Origin: Collinsella sp. | GTDB taxonomy: Bacteria; Actinomycetota; Coriobacteriia; Coriobacteriales; Coriobacteriaceae | DNA: 64,000 nucleotides | Direction of reading: 5' to 3' | Assembly (NCBI GenBank): GCA_034102905.1 | Contig: JAXEGS010000044.1 | Location: 7,609-71,608, forward strand | In this document: positions 10,599-20,409 of the stretch, piece after piece | Layout: the number at the start of each line of letters is the position of its first letter | How positions within the stretch are numbered: the stretch's first letter is position 1 | Made by a program: the position numbers and the translations under genes | The notes under the pieces: model-generated | The model's input: only the letters and a program-made list of their open reading frames with translations | What the model was told of the DNA's origin: nothing | The model's database searches: none

Positions 10599-12203
10599 CT
10601 AGGTGTGGACCACCACGCAGAGCCCCTCGGAGACGAGGTTGAAGAGCTCGGCGGCCTTCTCCGGCGGCAGGTTGATGCAGCCGTGGCTGCCCACCGAGTA
10701 GAAGGCGGAGGGGTTCGAGAAGTTGGCCGCGGCCTGCCAGCTGGCGTCGTGGAAGCCGATGGCGCCGCCGATAAAGGGCATCCAGTAGGAGACGGGCGTG
10801 CGGTAGATGGGCTCGCCGGTGGCGGGGTCCTTCTTGCCCACGAGGGTGATGTTCCTGAGGCAGGGCCTCATGCGGTAGATGCCGGTAGGCGTCTCGTTGC
10901 CGAGGTTCGGGTTGCCGGAGATGAACCCCGATTCCCAGACGAGGTTGCCCGAGGCGTCGTAGTAGCGGGCGTGCTGCTCGGTGAGGTCGACGTCGATGTA
11001 GGCCTTCCAATCGCGCTGGCCGTGGGCGGTGAAGACGTCGCCGGCGCTCGAGGTGGGCACCTCGATCGTGGCGTCGGCCCCGTTCGCGACGGCCTCGCGC
11101 ACCTGCTCGCCGAGGGCCGCGGAGTCGGCGACCCAGCCCCAGGTGCCGCCCGAGATCGTGACGGCCTTGCCGTCCTCGCGCGTGTAGCTGCGCTCGGTGC
11201 CCACGGTGTCCATCGCGTCGATGGTGAGTTGCTTCAGCCAGGCGTCGAGGCTCTCGGTGTCGAGCGTGGGCGTGAGGTCCTCGCCGAAGACGACCCAGCC
11301 GGCGAGCTCCTTCGGGCCGACGGTGCCCACGGTGGCGCCGCCCATCGTGAGGGTGACCGTGGGGGCGATGAGCTTGCTCGCGGCCTCGCAGGCGGCGCGG
11401 ATCTGGTCGGTCGTGGCGCCGTTCGCGAAGGACTCGAAGAAGCTGCTGTCGACGGTGACGCTCGTCTCGAGATCGGCGAGGGCGGCCTTGGCGGCCGCAT
11501 CGAGCTTGTCGGCGTCGATCTTGACGTTGGCGAGGGCCTTCTCGAAGGTGAAGGAGCCCGTGGCCTCGTCGAACGCGCTCGGCCCGTCGAACACGCCGGT
11601 GCGGCCCTCGTTGAAGGCGGCCACGGCGGCCGTCAGGCTCTCGTCGAAGGCCTGCTCGTCGAAGGCGGCGGGCAGCTGCGGCGCGGCCGCGCTCGCGCTC
11701 GTGGACCCCGCGGTGCTCCCGGCCCCCTCCTCGGCGGCCGCCTCGGGTGCGGCGAGGAGGGCGCCGGCCAGGCGGACGGGCCACATGAGCGGCGCGTTGG
11801 CCGACAGGACCTCGTCGGCGCGGGCGTGGGCGTCCACCACCTCGGCGGCGGAGGAGGGGGTGTAGGTCCAGGTGAAGTCGATGCCCGAGACCGTGAGGGA
11901 GTAGGAGGAGACGGCGCGCTCGATGCGCTCGACGGCCGTGGCGCGCGGCATGAGCGAGACGTCGGCGCCGGCGATCTCGGTGTTGGGGTAGTAGATGTTC
12001 GCGAATGCGACGGCCCCGCCCACGTACGCGGCGAGGGCGAGGCCTCCCACGACGCCGAGGGCGATGAGGCCGGCGCGGCGACGGGGGCGGCCACCCTCGT
12101 CGCCCGCGGGGGCGCCGGCGAGGTGCGCGGGGCGCGCGTGGGCCCCGATGGGGCGGGGCGCCTGGGCGCCGGCGGCGGTGTTCTTGGGATCAGAGAAGGG
12201 CAT
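10599..12203 (-). CDS. L,D-transpeptidase (YkuD domain) with N-terminal membrane anchor
   Basis: 534 aa. Cytoplasmic basic N-terminus, one TM (LIALGVVGGLALAAYVGGAVAF), a long extracellular region, and a C-terminal YkuD motif GSHGCINLP. Confidence 0.85.
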   Translation of the reverse strand: MPFSDPKNTAAGAQAPRPIGAHARPAHLAGAPAGDEGGRPRRRAGLIALGVVGGLALAAYVGGAVAFANIYYPNTEIAGADVSLMPRATAVERIERAVSSYSLTVSGIDFTWTYTPSSAAEVVDAHARADEVLSANAPLMWPVRLAGALLAAPEAAAEEGAGSTAGSTSASAAAPQLPAAFDEQAFDESLTAAVAAFNEGRTGVFDGPSAFDEATGSFTFEKALANVKIDADKLDAAAKAALADLETSVTVDSSFFESFANGATTDQIRAACEAASKLIAPTVTLTMGGATVGTVGPKELAGWVVFGEDLTPTLDTESLDAWLKQLTIDAMDTVGTERSYTREDGKAVTISGGTWGWVADSAALGEQVREAVANGADATIEVPTSSAGDVFTAHGQRDWKAYIDVDLTEQHARYYDASGNLVWESGFISGNPNLGNETPTGIYRMRPCLRNITLVGKKDPATGEPIYRTPVSYWMPFIGGAIGFHDASWQAAANFSNPSAFYSVGSHGCINLPPEKAAELFNLVSEGLCVVVHT

Positions 12204-12359
12204 GGTTCACTCCGGCATACTTGTGCTGCGTTTCAGGTTCCCAGCGATTATAACCGCTCTTCCGGACATGCAAACGGGGAGCATCCGGTCGTGGGGAAGA
12301 TGTTCGCGCCGCGAAACGCCGGCGCCGGATCTCTCTCAGATGAAGTTGTTCGGATCCGG

Positions 12360-13961
12360 TCAGCAGCGACCGCAGCGGGCGCAGGCCGTGAGCGCCGAGG
12401 GGGCCTGGGCGATGCCGCCGCGGGCCGTCTCGCGCAGGCTCGCGGGCAGGGCGTGCCCCACCGCGAGCATGACGCGGGCCATCTCATCGAAGGGCACGAG
12501 GCTCCCCACGCCCGAGAGCGCGAGCTGGGCCGCCGAGAAGGCGGCGGCGACGCCGATGGCGTTCCTGGTCTGGCAGGGCACCTCCACGAGGCCGCCGACC
12601 GGGTCGCAGACGAGGCCGAGGAGGTTCGAGAGGGCGAGCGAGGCCGCGTCGAGGGCCTGCTCGGGCGTGCCGCCCGTGAGCTGGACGAGGGCGGCGGCGG
12701 CCATGGCGGCGGCGCTGCCGACCTCGGCCTGGCAGCCGCCCTCGGCCCCGGCCACGCAGGCGTTCGTGGTGAGGATGAGGCCCACGGCGGCCGCGGTGAA
12801 GAGCGCCGAGGTGACTTCGTCGTCGGCCGCACCCAGGTGGGCGGCGAGGGCGAGGACGCTGCCCGGCACGATGCCCGAGGACCCGGCCGTGGGGGCCGCC
12901 ACGATCACGCCCATCGACGCGCTCCGCTCGAGGACGGCCATCGCGCGGGCGACGGCATCGGTCTGGACCCGCCCCATGAGCGGGTCGGCGAGCTTGCCGG
13001 AGGCCGCGGCGACCGAGGCCGCCTCGCCGCCGATGAACCCGCCGAGGGAGGGACACGGCCGCTCGATCGGCGCGGTGGTCTCGTCGCGCATGACCTCGAT
13101 GACCCGGCGCATGGACGCCGCGGCCGCCCCCTCGCCGCGCAGCGCCGCCTCGCGGGCGGCCATGACCTCGCCGATCGTGACGCGCTGGCGGCGGCAGACG
13201 TCGAGGAGCTGCGTCGCGTCATCGAAGACCTCGGGCACGCTCACGCCGGGCCCGTGCGCGGTGACGGAGCCGGGGAGCTCGATGAAGGTGGCCCAGTCCA
13301 CGAGGCCGAGGCCGCGCACCTCGGGGAGGACGGCGGATTCGGCGGCTCCGTCGGTCTCGAACACGGTGTAGGCCTGACCGCCCTGCTCGGTCCGGTAGGT
13401 GCGGCAGAAGGCGATGTTCATCCCGGCGGCGGCGAGGGCGGCCGTGAGGGCCGCGAGCGCCCCGGGGGCGTCGCGGTGGGCGACGAAGAGCGTGGAGTAG
13501 AGGCCCGAGAGGTCGACGCCGACCCCGTTGATGCGGCTGATGCGCACCCGGCCCCCGCCGAGGCTCTCGCCGATGACCGCCACCTGGGTGCCGTCGCGCG
13601 CCGTCAGGGTGATCTCCACGGTGTTGGGGTGCAGGGTCTCGTCATCGCCTGCGACCTCGAAGCTGAAGGCGACGCCGCGCTCGCGGGCGAGCTCGAAGGC
13701 GTCGCGGATCCGCTCGTCGTCGGCATCGAGGCCGAGGATGCCGGCCACGAGCGCGCGGTCCGTGCCGTGCCCGCGGTAGGTGTGGGCGAAGGAGTTCCAG
13801 AGCGCGAAGCGGGCCTGGGCCACCTCGCCGCCCACGAGGGCGGCCGCCACGCGCGCGCAGCGCAGCGCGCCTGCGGTGTGCGAGGAGGAGGGGCCCACCA
13901 TGATGGGCCCGAGGATCTCGAAGGCCGAGGTCGTGGCCAGGGTCTGCGGGGTGTCTGCCAT
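12360..13961 (-). CDS. sdaA: L-serine dehydratase, iron-sulfur dependent, fused beta-alpha single chain
   Basis: 533 aa. N-terminal ILGPIMVGPSSSHTAG motif, an ACT-like middle segment, and an alpha-type C-terminal half (GVIVAAPTAGSSGIVPG, GGCQAEVGSAAAMAAA). Confidence 0.88.
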   Translation of the reverse strand: MADTPQTLATTSAFEILGPIMVGPSSSHTAGALRCARVAAALVGGEVAQARFALWNSFAHTYRGHGTDRALVAGILGLDADDERIRDAFELARERGVAFSFEVAGDDETLHPNTVEITLTARDGTQVAVIGESLGGGRVRISRINGVGVDLSGLYSTLFVAHRDAPGALAALTAALAAAGMNIAFCRTYRTEQGGQAYTVFETDGAAESAVLPEVRGLGLVDWATFIELPGSVTAHGPGVSVPEVFDDATQLLDVCRRQRVTIGEVMAAREAALRGEGAAAASMRRVIEVMRDETTAPIERPCPSLGGFIGGEAASVAAASGKLADPLMGRVQTDAVARAMAVLERSASMGVIVAAPTAGSSGIVPGSVLALAAHLGAADDEVTSALFTAAAVGLILTTNACVAGAEGGCQAEVGSAAAMAAAALVQLTGGTPEQALDAASLALSNLLGLVCDPVGGLVEVPCQTRNAIGVAAAFSAAQLALSGVGSLVPFDEMARVMLAVGHALPASLRETARGGIAQAPSALTACARCGRC

Positions 13962-14017
13962 GGGGCTCCTCCTCGGGGCGTGCGGGGCCGGGCGCGGGGG
14001 CGGCCCGGCGGGGCCTG

Positions 14018-15499
14018 CTAGAGCGCGAGCGCGCGGGCGCGCTCGATGCGGGCGAGTGAGTCGGCGCGGCCGATGAGGGCCATGGTGTCGCCGAGCGGCG
14101 GGCTCACGAGGTTGCCGCAGACGGCAACGCGCACGGCCTGGAACACGAGGCGCTTCTTGACGTCGAGCGCATCGGGCAGCGGCTCGAGTGCGGCGTCGAC
14201 GGCCTCGGCGGTCCAGGAGGCGTCGTCGACGGCCGCGAGGGCCGCGAGGGCCGCGTCGAGCACAGCGCCCATGCCCTCGCGCTCGAGGCCCTTCCTGACC
14301 GAGGCCTCGTCCATCTCGAGGGTCTCGGCCGTCGCGAAGACGGGGGCGGCGACGCGCGCGGCGTCGGCGGGCATCTTGGTGCGGGGGCGCACGATCCGGG
14401 CGAGCGCATCGATCCAGGCCTCGTCGAACTCATCCCCTTCGTGCACGAGGTCGGCCTCGATGAGCTCGGGCAGCATGATCTCGTCGGCGAAGGCGGCGTT
14501 GTCCATGCCGTTGATGTACTCGGCGTTCATCCAGTCGAGCTTCTTGGGATCGAAGGTCGCCGGGTTCTTGGAGATGCGGTCGAGGGAGAAGCGGCTCGCG
14601 AGCACGTCGCGGGGGATCACCGTGGTCTCGCCGTCGAGCGACCAGCCGAGGAGGGCCAGGTAGTTCACGAAGGCGTCCGAGAGGTAGCCGGCGTCGCGGT
14701 ACTCCTCCACGGAGGTGGCGCCGTGGCGCTTGGAGAGCTTCTTGCCGTCGGCGCCGAGGATCATCGAGATGTGCGCGAACTCGGGCACGGGCGCGCCCAG
14801 GGCCTCATAGACCATGACCTGGCGCGGGGTGTTGGAGAGGTGGTCGTCGCCGCGGATGACGTGGGTGATCTTCATGAGGGCGTCGTCCACCACCGTGGCG
14901 AAGTTGTAGGTGGGGGTGCCGTCGGATCGGAAGATCACGAAGTCGTCGAGCTCCTTGGCATCGAAGGTGACCTCGCCGTGGACGGCGTCGTGGATCACGA
15001 CGTCGCCGCGGTCCTCGGGCACCTTGATGCGGAGCACGTAGGGCTCGCCGGCGTCGATCCGGGCCTGGGCCGCCGCCCGGTCGAGGTGCCGGCAGCGGCG
15101 CTGGTAGCCCTGGAAGGGGTCCTTGCGGGCGCGGGCCGCCTCGCGGTCGGCCTCGAGCATCTCGGGCGTGCAGAAGCAGGGGTAGGCGCGGCCCTCGTCC
15201 CAGAGGCGCCGGGCGGCGTCGCGGTAGAGGTCGAGCCGCTCGGTCTGGGCGTAGGGACCGAAGTCGCCGCCCACCTCGGGGCCCTCGTCCCAGTCGAGGC
15301 CGAGCCAGCGCATGGCGCGCAGGATGATCTGGGTGTTCTCGTCCGTGGAGCGGGTGGGGTCCGTGTCGTCGATGCGCAGGATGAAGGTGCCGCCGTTGGC
15401 GCGGGCGAAGGCCCAGTTGTAGATCGCGGTGCGGGCGCCGCCGATATGCAGCTTGCCGGGGGGGGAGGGTGCGCAGCGCACGCGGACAGGTGTGGTCAT
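14018..15499 (-). CDS. gltX: Glutamate--tRNA ligase
   Basis: The ORF is open to 15550. I prefer ATG 15499 (MTTPVRVRCAPSPPGKLHIGGARTAIYNW), which places the HIGH-class motif at the usual distance from the start. KLSKRHG is the KMSKS motif. The start is uncertain by 17 codons. Confidence 0.92.
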   Translation of the reverse strand: MTTPVRVRCAPSPPGKLHIGGARTAIYNWAFARANGGTFILRIDDTDPTRSTDENTQIILRAMRWLGLDWDEGPEVGGDFGPYAQTERLDLYRDAARRLWDEGRAYPCFCTPEMLEADREAARARKDPFQGYQRRCRHLDRAAAQARIDAGEPYVLRIKVPEDRGDVVIHDAVHGEVTFDAKELDDFVIFRSDGTPTYNFATVVDDALMKITHVIRGDDHLSNTPRQVMVYEALGAPVPEFAHISMILGADGKKLSKRHGATSVEEYRDAGYLSDAFVNYLALLGWSLDGETTVIPRDVLASRFSLDRISKNPATFDPKKLDWMNAEYINGMDNAAFADEIMLPELIEADLVHEGDEFDEAWIDALARIVRPRTKMPADAARVAAPVFATAETLEMDEASVRKGLEREGMGAVLDAALAALAAVDDASWTAEAVDAALEPLPDALDVKKRLVFQAVRVAVCGNLVSPPLGDTMALIGRADSLARIERARALAL

Positions 15500-15816
15500 G
15501 GGCTCGGTCCAATCGGTCGTGTGGATGCTCGGCCCCGCATTATAGGCCATGGGCCACGGCGCCGGGCGGCGCGCATCCGGTCCCGCGGTGACTTCACGCG
15601 CCCGCGCGCGCCTGACTCGGCACCGCGCCGCCGCCGCGGCCGCCGGGCCGCGCCCTCACGCGCCCGCCCACAGCCTCCTGCGCACCTGCCCGGGCGGGCT
15701 CGCGCCCCGCGGATCTCTCGCGCCCCTTGTCCGCGCGGACGAGTACAATACGCTACGCTGTACAGGCCCGGCGGAATGGTAACGGTCGCCGGGCGACTCA
15801 TATGAAAGGGGCTCTT

Positions 15817-17100
<1,284 letters not shown>

Positions 17101-17113
17101 CGCGCCGCCGGCC

Positions 17114-17154
17114 GCGCGGACGGGCCCCCGCTCCGTCCCAGGGCCCGTCCGCGC
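17114..17154. terminator. Hairpin between convergent metK and coaX
   Basis: GCGCGGACGGGCCC (17114-17127) pairs perfectly with GGGCCCGTCCGCGC (17141-17154) across a 13-nt loop. There is no U tract. Confidence 0.45.
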
Positions 17155-17184
17155 CCGGTTGCCCCTCGCTCAGATCCGCCGCCC

Positions 17185-17982
17185 TCAGCGGCGGCGGTTC
17201 GCCTGCCAGAGCAGCCCCAGCCCCTCGAGGGTGAGGTGCTCGCGCACGACCGCCTCGCGCTTGAGCAGGGGGGCGAGGTCTGGGGCGGGCTCCCCGGTGA
17301 GGATGACGGGCGCCTCGGCGCCGAGCTCGGCCATGATGAGGTCGAGCAGGCCGTCGATCCGGGCCACCTCGCCGAGGACCACGCCCGCGCGCATGGCCTC
17401 CCGCGTGCTCCGGCCGATCGTGCGCCGGGGCGCGGTGACCCCCACCATCGGCAGCTGGGCGGCGCCGGCCGCGAGCGCCACGGCGCCGAGCGCCATGCCC
17501 GGGGCGATGATGCCGCCGGCGAAGGCGCCTCCTCCGTCCACGACCTCGAAGGTCGTGGTGGTTCCGAGGTCGACGACCACGACGGGGGAGCCAAGCGCGG
17601 CCCGCGCCGCGACGGCGTCGGCCACGCGGTCGGCCCCCACCTCGGCCGGGTCGTCATAGCGCATGGTGAGGCCGGTCTTGAGGCCGGGCCCCACGACGAG
17701 TGCGCGGCCCGACACGGCGGCGCGGAGCGCGCGCTCCCAGGTGCCGGCGAGGGCGGGGACCACGCAGGCGAGGATCGACCCCGCAGGCGCCCCCGCGCCG
17801 CCGGGTATCCGTGCGAGGGCGCGTTCGAGCTCGAGGGCCGCCTCGTCCTGGGTGAGGCGCTCGGGTGTGGTGAGCGAGCAGGTCCCCGCGAGCTCGCCGT
17901 CGGCGAAGAGCCCGATCTTGGTGACGGTGTTCCCCACATCGACCGCGAGCACGCGCTCGCGCGCATCCAGATTCTCGACCAT
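17185..17982 (-). CDS. coaX: Type III pantothenate kinase
   Basis: ATG 17982 (MVENLDARERVLAVDVGNTVTKIGLF) has AAGGAG upstream. ~265 aa with an ASKHA-fold phosphate-1 motif DVGNT. The upstream 95 codons of the track ORF are rejected. Confidence 0.88.
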   Translation of the reverse strand: MVENLDARERVLAVDVGNTVTKIGLFADGELAGTCSLTTPERLTQDEAALELERALARIPGGAGAPAGSILACVVPALAGTWERALRAAVSGRALVVGPGLKTGLTMRYDDPAEVGADRVADAVAARAALGSPVVVVDLGTTTTFEVVDGGGAFAGGIIAPGMALGAVALAAGAAQLPMVGVTAPRRTIGRSTREAMRAGVVLGEVARIDGLLDLIMAELGAEAPVILTGEPAPDLAPLLKREAVVREHLTLEGLGLLWQANRRR

Positions 17983-18178
17983 GGGCTTCTCCTTTCCGAG
18001 GCGGCTGGGCTTCCGCTTAACTCTAGCGCATCGGTGGCCCTCCGCGCCGTCCCTCCCCTCGATGGGACCCGCCGCCCGCTCCGCTCCTTGCATCCGTTCT
18101 CCACAATCCCTACAATTCGTCTGTCCGTACCGTAACCCGACTCCCCATGAGGGGGAGCGGATATACGAAGGAGAACAT

Positions 18179-19825
18179 ATGAGCTCATCGAGCGGACGCG
18201 GGTCCATCCGCGCCCAGCTGAGCCCCGCCGGCATCGTGATCGGGGTCATCGGCTGCGTCATCATCACGGCCTCATCGGTCTACACCGCCCTCAAGATGGG
18301 CGCCCTGCCGTGGCCCACGATCTTCACCTCCATAACCGCCCTCGTGCTCCTGCGCGCCCTCGGCCGCCGGAGCCTGAACGAGGCCAACATCACCCAGGTC
18401 ATCATGTCGGCCGGCTCCATGGTCGCCGGTGGCCTCGCGTTCACGATCCCCGGCATCTGGATGCTCGGACTCGCCGACTCGGTGAGCGTCGTCCAGCTCC
18501 TCGCCGTCGCCCTCGGCGGCACCCTCCTCGGCCTCGTGTGCACGGCGCTCATCCGTCGGCGCTTCGTGGACGAGTCCGGCCTCGAGTACCCCATCGGGAC
18601 CGCGGCGGCCGAGACCCTCGAGGCGAGCGAGGCCGGCGGCGCGACCGGCCGGCGCCTCTTCCTCTCGATGGGCATCGCGGGCCTCTATGCGATCCTCCGC
18701 GACGCCCTCGGCCTCATCCCGGCTATGCTCCTCTCGCTGCCCATCCCCGGCGTCGCCTTCGGGGTCTACAACTCGCCGATGATGCTCTCCGTGGGCTTCC
18801 TCGTCGGCACGGGCGCCGTGATCGCCCAGCTCGCGGGCGGCGTCATCGCGAACTTCGGCGTCATCGTCGGCGGGACGGCGACGGGCCTTCTCGACCTCGC
18901 CGCCGCCGACGGCATCGTGAAGAGCCTCGGCATGGGCCTCATGATGGGGTCGGGTCTCGGGGTCGTCGTGAAGGACATCCTCCCGAAGGCGCGGGCATGG
19001 TTCGCGCCGGTGGCCGGCGGGGCCGCCACCGACATCGAGAGCCGCGCCGACGCGGGCGCGCTCGCGCTCATCACGGGCGTCGCGGCCCTCATCATTTGCG
19101 TGGGTCTGGGCCTTAGCCCCCTCGTCGCCGTCGTGGTGGTGCTCCTCTCGTTCGTGACGACGATCATGAGCGCGCAGTCCGTCGGGCAGACGGGGATCGA
19201 CCCCATGGAGATCTTCGGCCTCATCGTGCTTCTGATCGTGGCCGCGATCTCCGATACCGCGAGCGTCGGGCTCTTCCTCGTCGCCGGCGTGGTGGCCGTC
19301 ACCTGCGGGCTCGCGGGCGACGTGATGAGCGACTTCAAGACGGGCGCGATCATCGGAACGAGCCCGCGCGCGATGTGGGCGGGGCAGGCGATCGGGGCCC
19401 TCATCGGTTCGGTTGTCGCGGTCGCCGTGCTCGTCGCGCTCGCGGGGGCCTACGGGCTCGACGCGTTCGGGCCGGGCAAGGCCTTCGTCTCGGCGCAGGC
19501 GAGCGTCGTGGCGACGATGGTGTCGGGCATCCCGAGCGTGCCGGCGTTCGCGGCGGGCGTCGTGGGCGGGATCGCGCTCTACGTGGCGGGCCTGCCGTCG
19601 ATGATGTTCGGTCTCGGCGTCTACCTGCCCTTCTACATGACGCTCTCGATGTTTCTCGGCTCGATGGTGAAGCTCGTCTTCGATCGGGTGGCGCGGTCGC
19701 GTGGTCTCGGCGCGCGGGAGGGCGACGAGGCGGGCGTGGTCATCGCCTCGGGGCTCCTCGGTGGCGAGTCGATCGCCGGTGTCGTGCTGGCGCTGGTCTC
19801 GGTCGTCACGGGGATGTTCGGCTAG
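18179..19825 (+). CDS. OPT-family oligopeptide transporter
   Basis: ATG 18179 is preceded by GAAGGAG. 548 aa, polytopic throughout, with an N-terminus (VIGVIGCVIITASSVYTALKMGALPWPTIF) typical of bacterial OPT proteins. The upstream part of the 720-aa track ORF is antisense to coaX and is rejected. Confidence 0.8.
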   Translation: MSSSSGRGSIRAQLSPAGIVIGVIGCVIITASSVYTALKMGALPWPTIFTSITALVLLRALGRRSLNEANITQVIMSAGSMVAGGLAFTIPGIWMLGLADSVSVVQLLAVALGGTLLGLVCTALIRRRFVDESGLEYPIGTAAAETLEASEAGGATGRRLFLSMGIAGLYAILRDALGLIPAMLLSLPIPGVAFGVYNSPMMLSVGFLVGTGAVIAQLAGGVIANFGVIVGGTATGLLDLAAADGIVKSLGMGLMMGSGLGVVVKDILPKARAWFAPVAGGAATDIESRADAGALALITGVAALIICVGLGLSPLVAVVVVLLSFVTTIMSAQSVGQTGIDPMEIFGLIVLLIVAAISDTASVGLFLVAGVVAVTCGLAGDVMSDFKTGAIIGTSPRAMWAGQAIGALIGSVVAVAVLVALAGAYGLDAFGPGKAFVSAQASVVATMVSGIPSVPAFAAGVVGGIALYVAGLPSMMFGLGVYLPFYMTLSMFLGSMVKLVFDRVARSRGLGAREGDEAGVVIASGLLGGESIAGVVLALVSVVTGMFG

Positions 19826-20046
19826 GCGGGGCGCCCGCGGCCGCGGCGCCAGGGCGCGAGGTGAGTCGCGAGGCGGACGGCGCCTCACGCTCGGAATTCG
19901 GCGCCATCGAGGCAGCGCGGCGAGTCAGGCAGCGGCTTTGGGTGGCCCCGGGGGCGCGTTGCGAGGCGGGCGGCGGCCCGGGGCGCGCTCGGGAGGTCGG
20001 CGGTTTCCGTGTCCAGATCCGGGCGTCCCGCGCCGTATGTCACCGC

Positions 20047-20210
20047 GAGTTGCGTTTCTTGCGGCTCTGCACCTTTTTCTCAAACAACATGACGGCTTTG
20101 CACATCGAGGTGCAGAGCCGTCATTATCGCAACTGCATTGACCTGCGGTTTTGTAATCGATACTCGGAGTGTCGCGCGGGCGGTGTGCAAAGCCGTAAGA
20201 AACGCAACTC
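20047..20210 (+). repeat. 164-nt nested-palindromic interspersed element, copy 1
   Basis: It contains four ~24-nt units of one family (GTTGCG-N4-TKRCGGCTNTGCAC) in the order forward, forward, reverse, reverse. The outer pair (20049-20072 with 20185-20208) forms a near-perfect 24-bp inverted repeat. The inner hairpin is 20089-20103/20110-20124. It aligns without gaps to 49669-49832 (115/164 identical by hand count). Confidence 0.85.
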
Positions 20211-20409
20211 AGGCGGAGCGTCGGCTCGACCTCCCGGCAATGGGGAGCGTCGCCGGGCCGCCAACCTTGCTTTCCATCGAAGGGCCGACCGGCCATCACA
20301 TCTCACCGAATGGAAATGCTCGGCCGGTTACCCCACGCCGCCCACGCCACCTGCCCCGACCCCCGCCGCCCCCGAACAGCTGTCCGCGCGCTGGGGTACA
20401 CTGGTTCCC

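Noticed and set aside
9906-14021. 1371-aa ORF on the + strand
   Set aside because: It runs antisense through the histidine kinase 3' end, the L,D-transpeptidase, sdaA and into gltX. Its composition is Gly/Arg/Ala/Asp-rich with no motifs. This is a typical high-G+C shadow ORF, and the opposite-strand genes have clear family signatures.
15551-15816. Canonical SAM-I/SAM-IV/SAM-VI riboswitch upstream of metK
   Set aside because: I could not recognise the conserved core sequences of these classes by eye. Only the weaker SD/anti-SD complementarity is reported, as a speculative finding.
17983-18267. 95-codon upstream extension of coaX
   Set aside because: It overlaps the OPT transporter start on the other strand. 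AAGGAG precedes ATG 17982, and the CoaX homology (DVGNT) begins right after that start.
20047-20210. CRISPR array or integron attC interpretation of the GTTGCG...GGCTCTGCAC units
   Set aside because: The units alternate in orientation (F,F,R,R) instead of forming a direct-repeat array with regular spacers. There are only four per locus and no cas genes nearby. For attC the core-site orientation is wrong: the element reads GTTGCG...CGCAAC, not RYYYAAC...GTTRRRY.
19375-20409. Upstream extension of the priA ORF (and other long ORFs across 19.8-20.4 kb)
   Set aside because: The extension overlaps the OPT gene out of frame and crosses the palindromic repeat. The translation is Arg/Gly-rich with no features, and PriA homology begins at about 20410.
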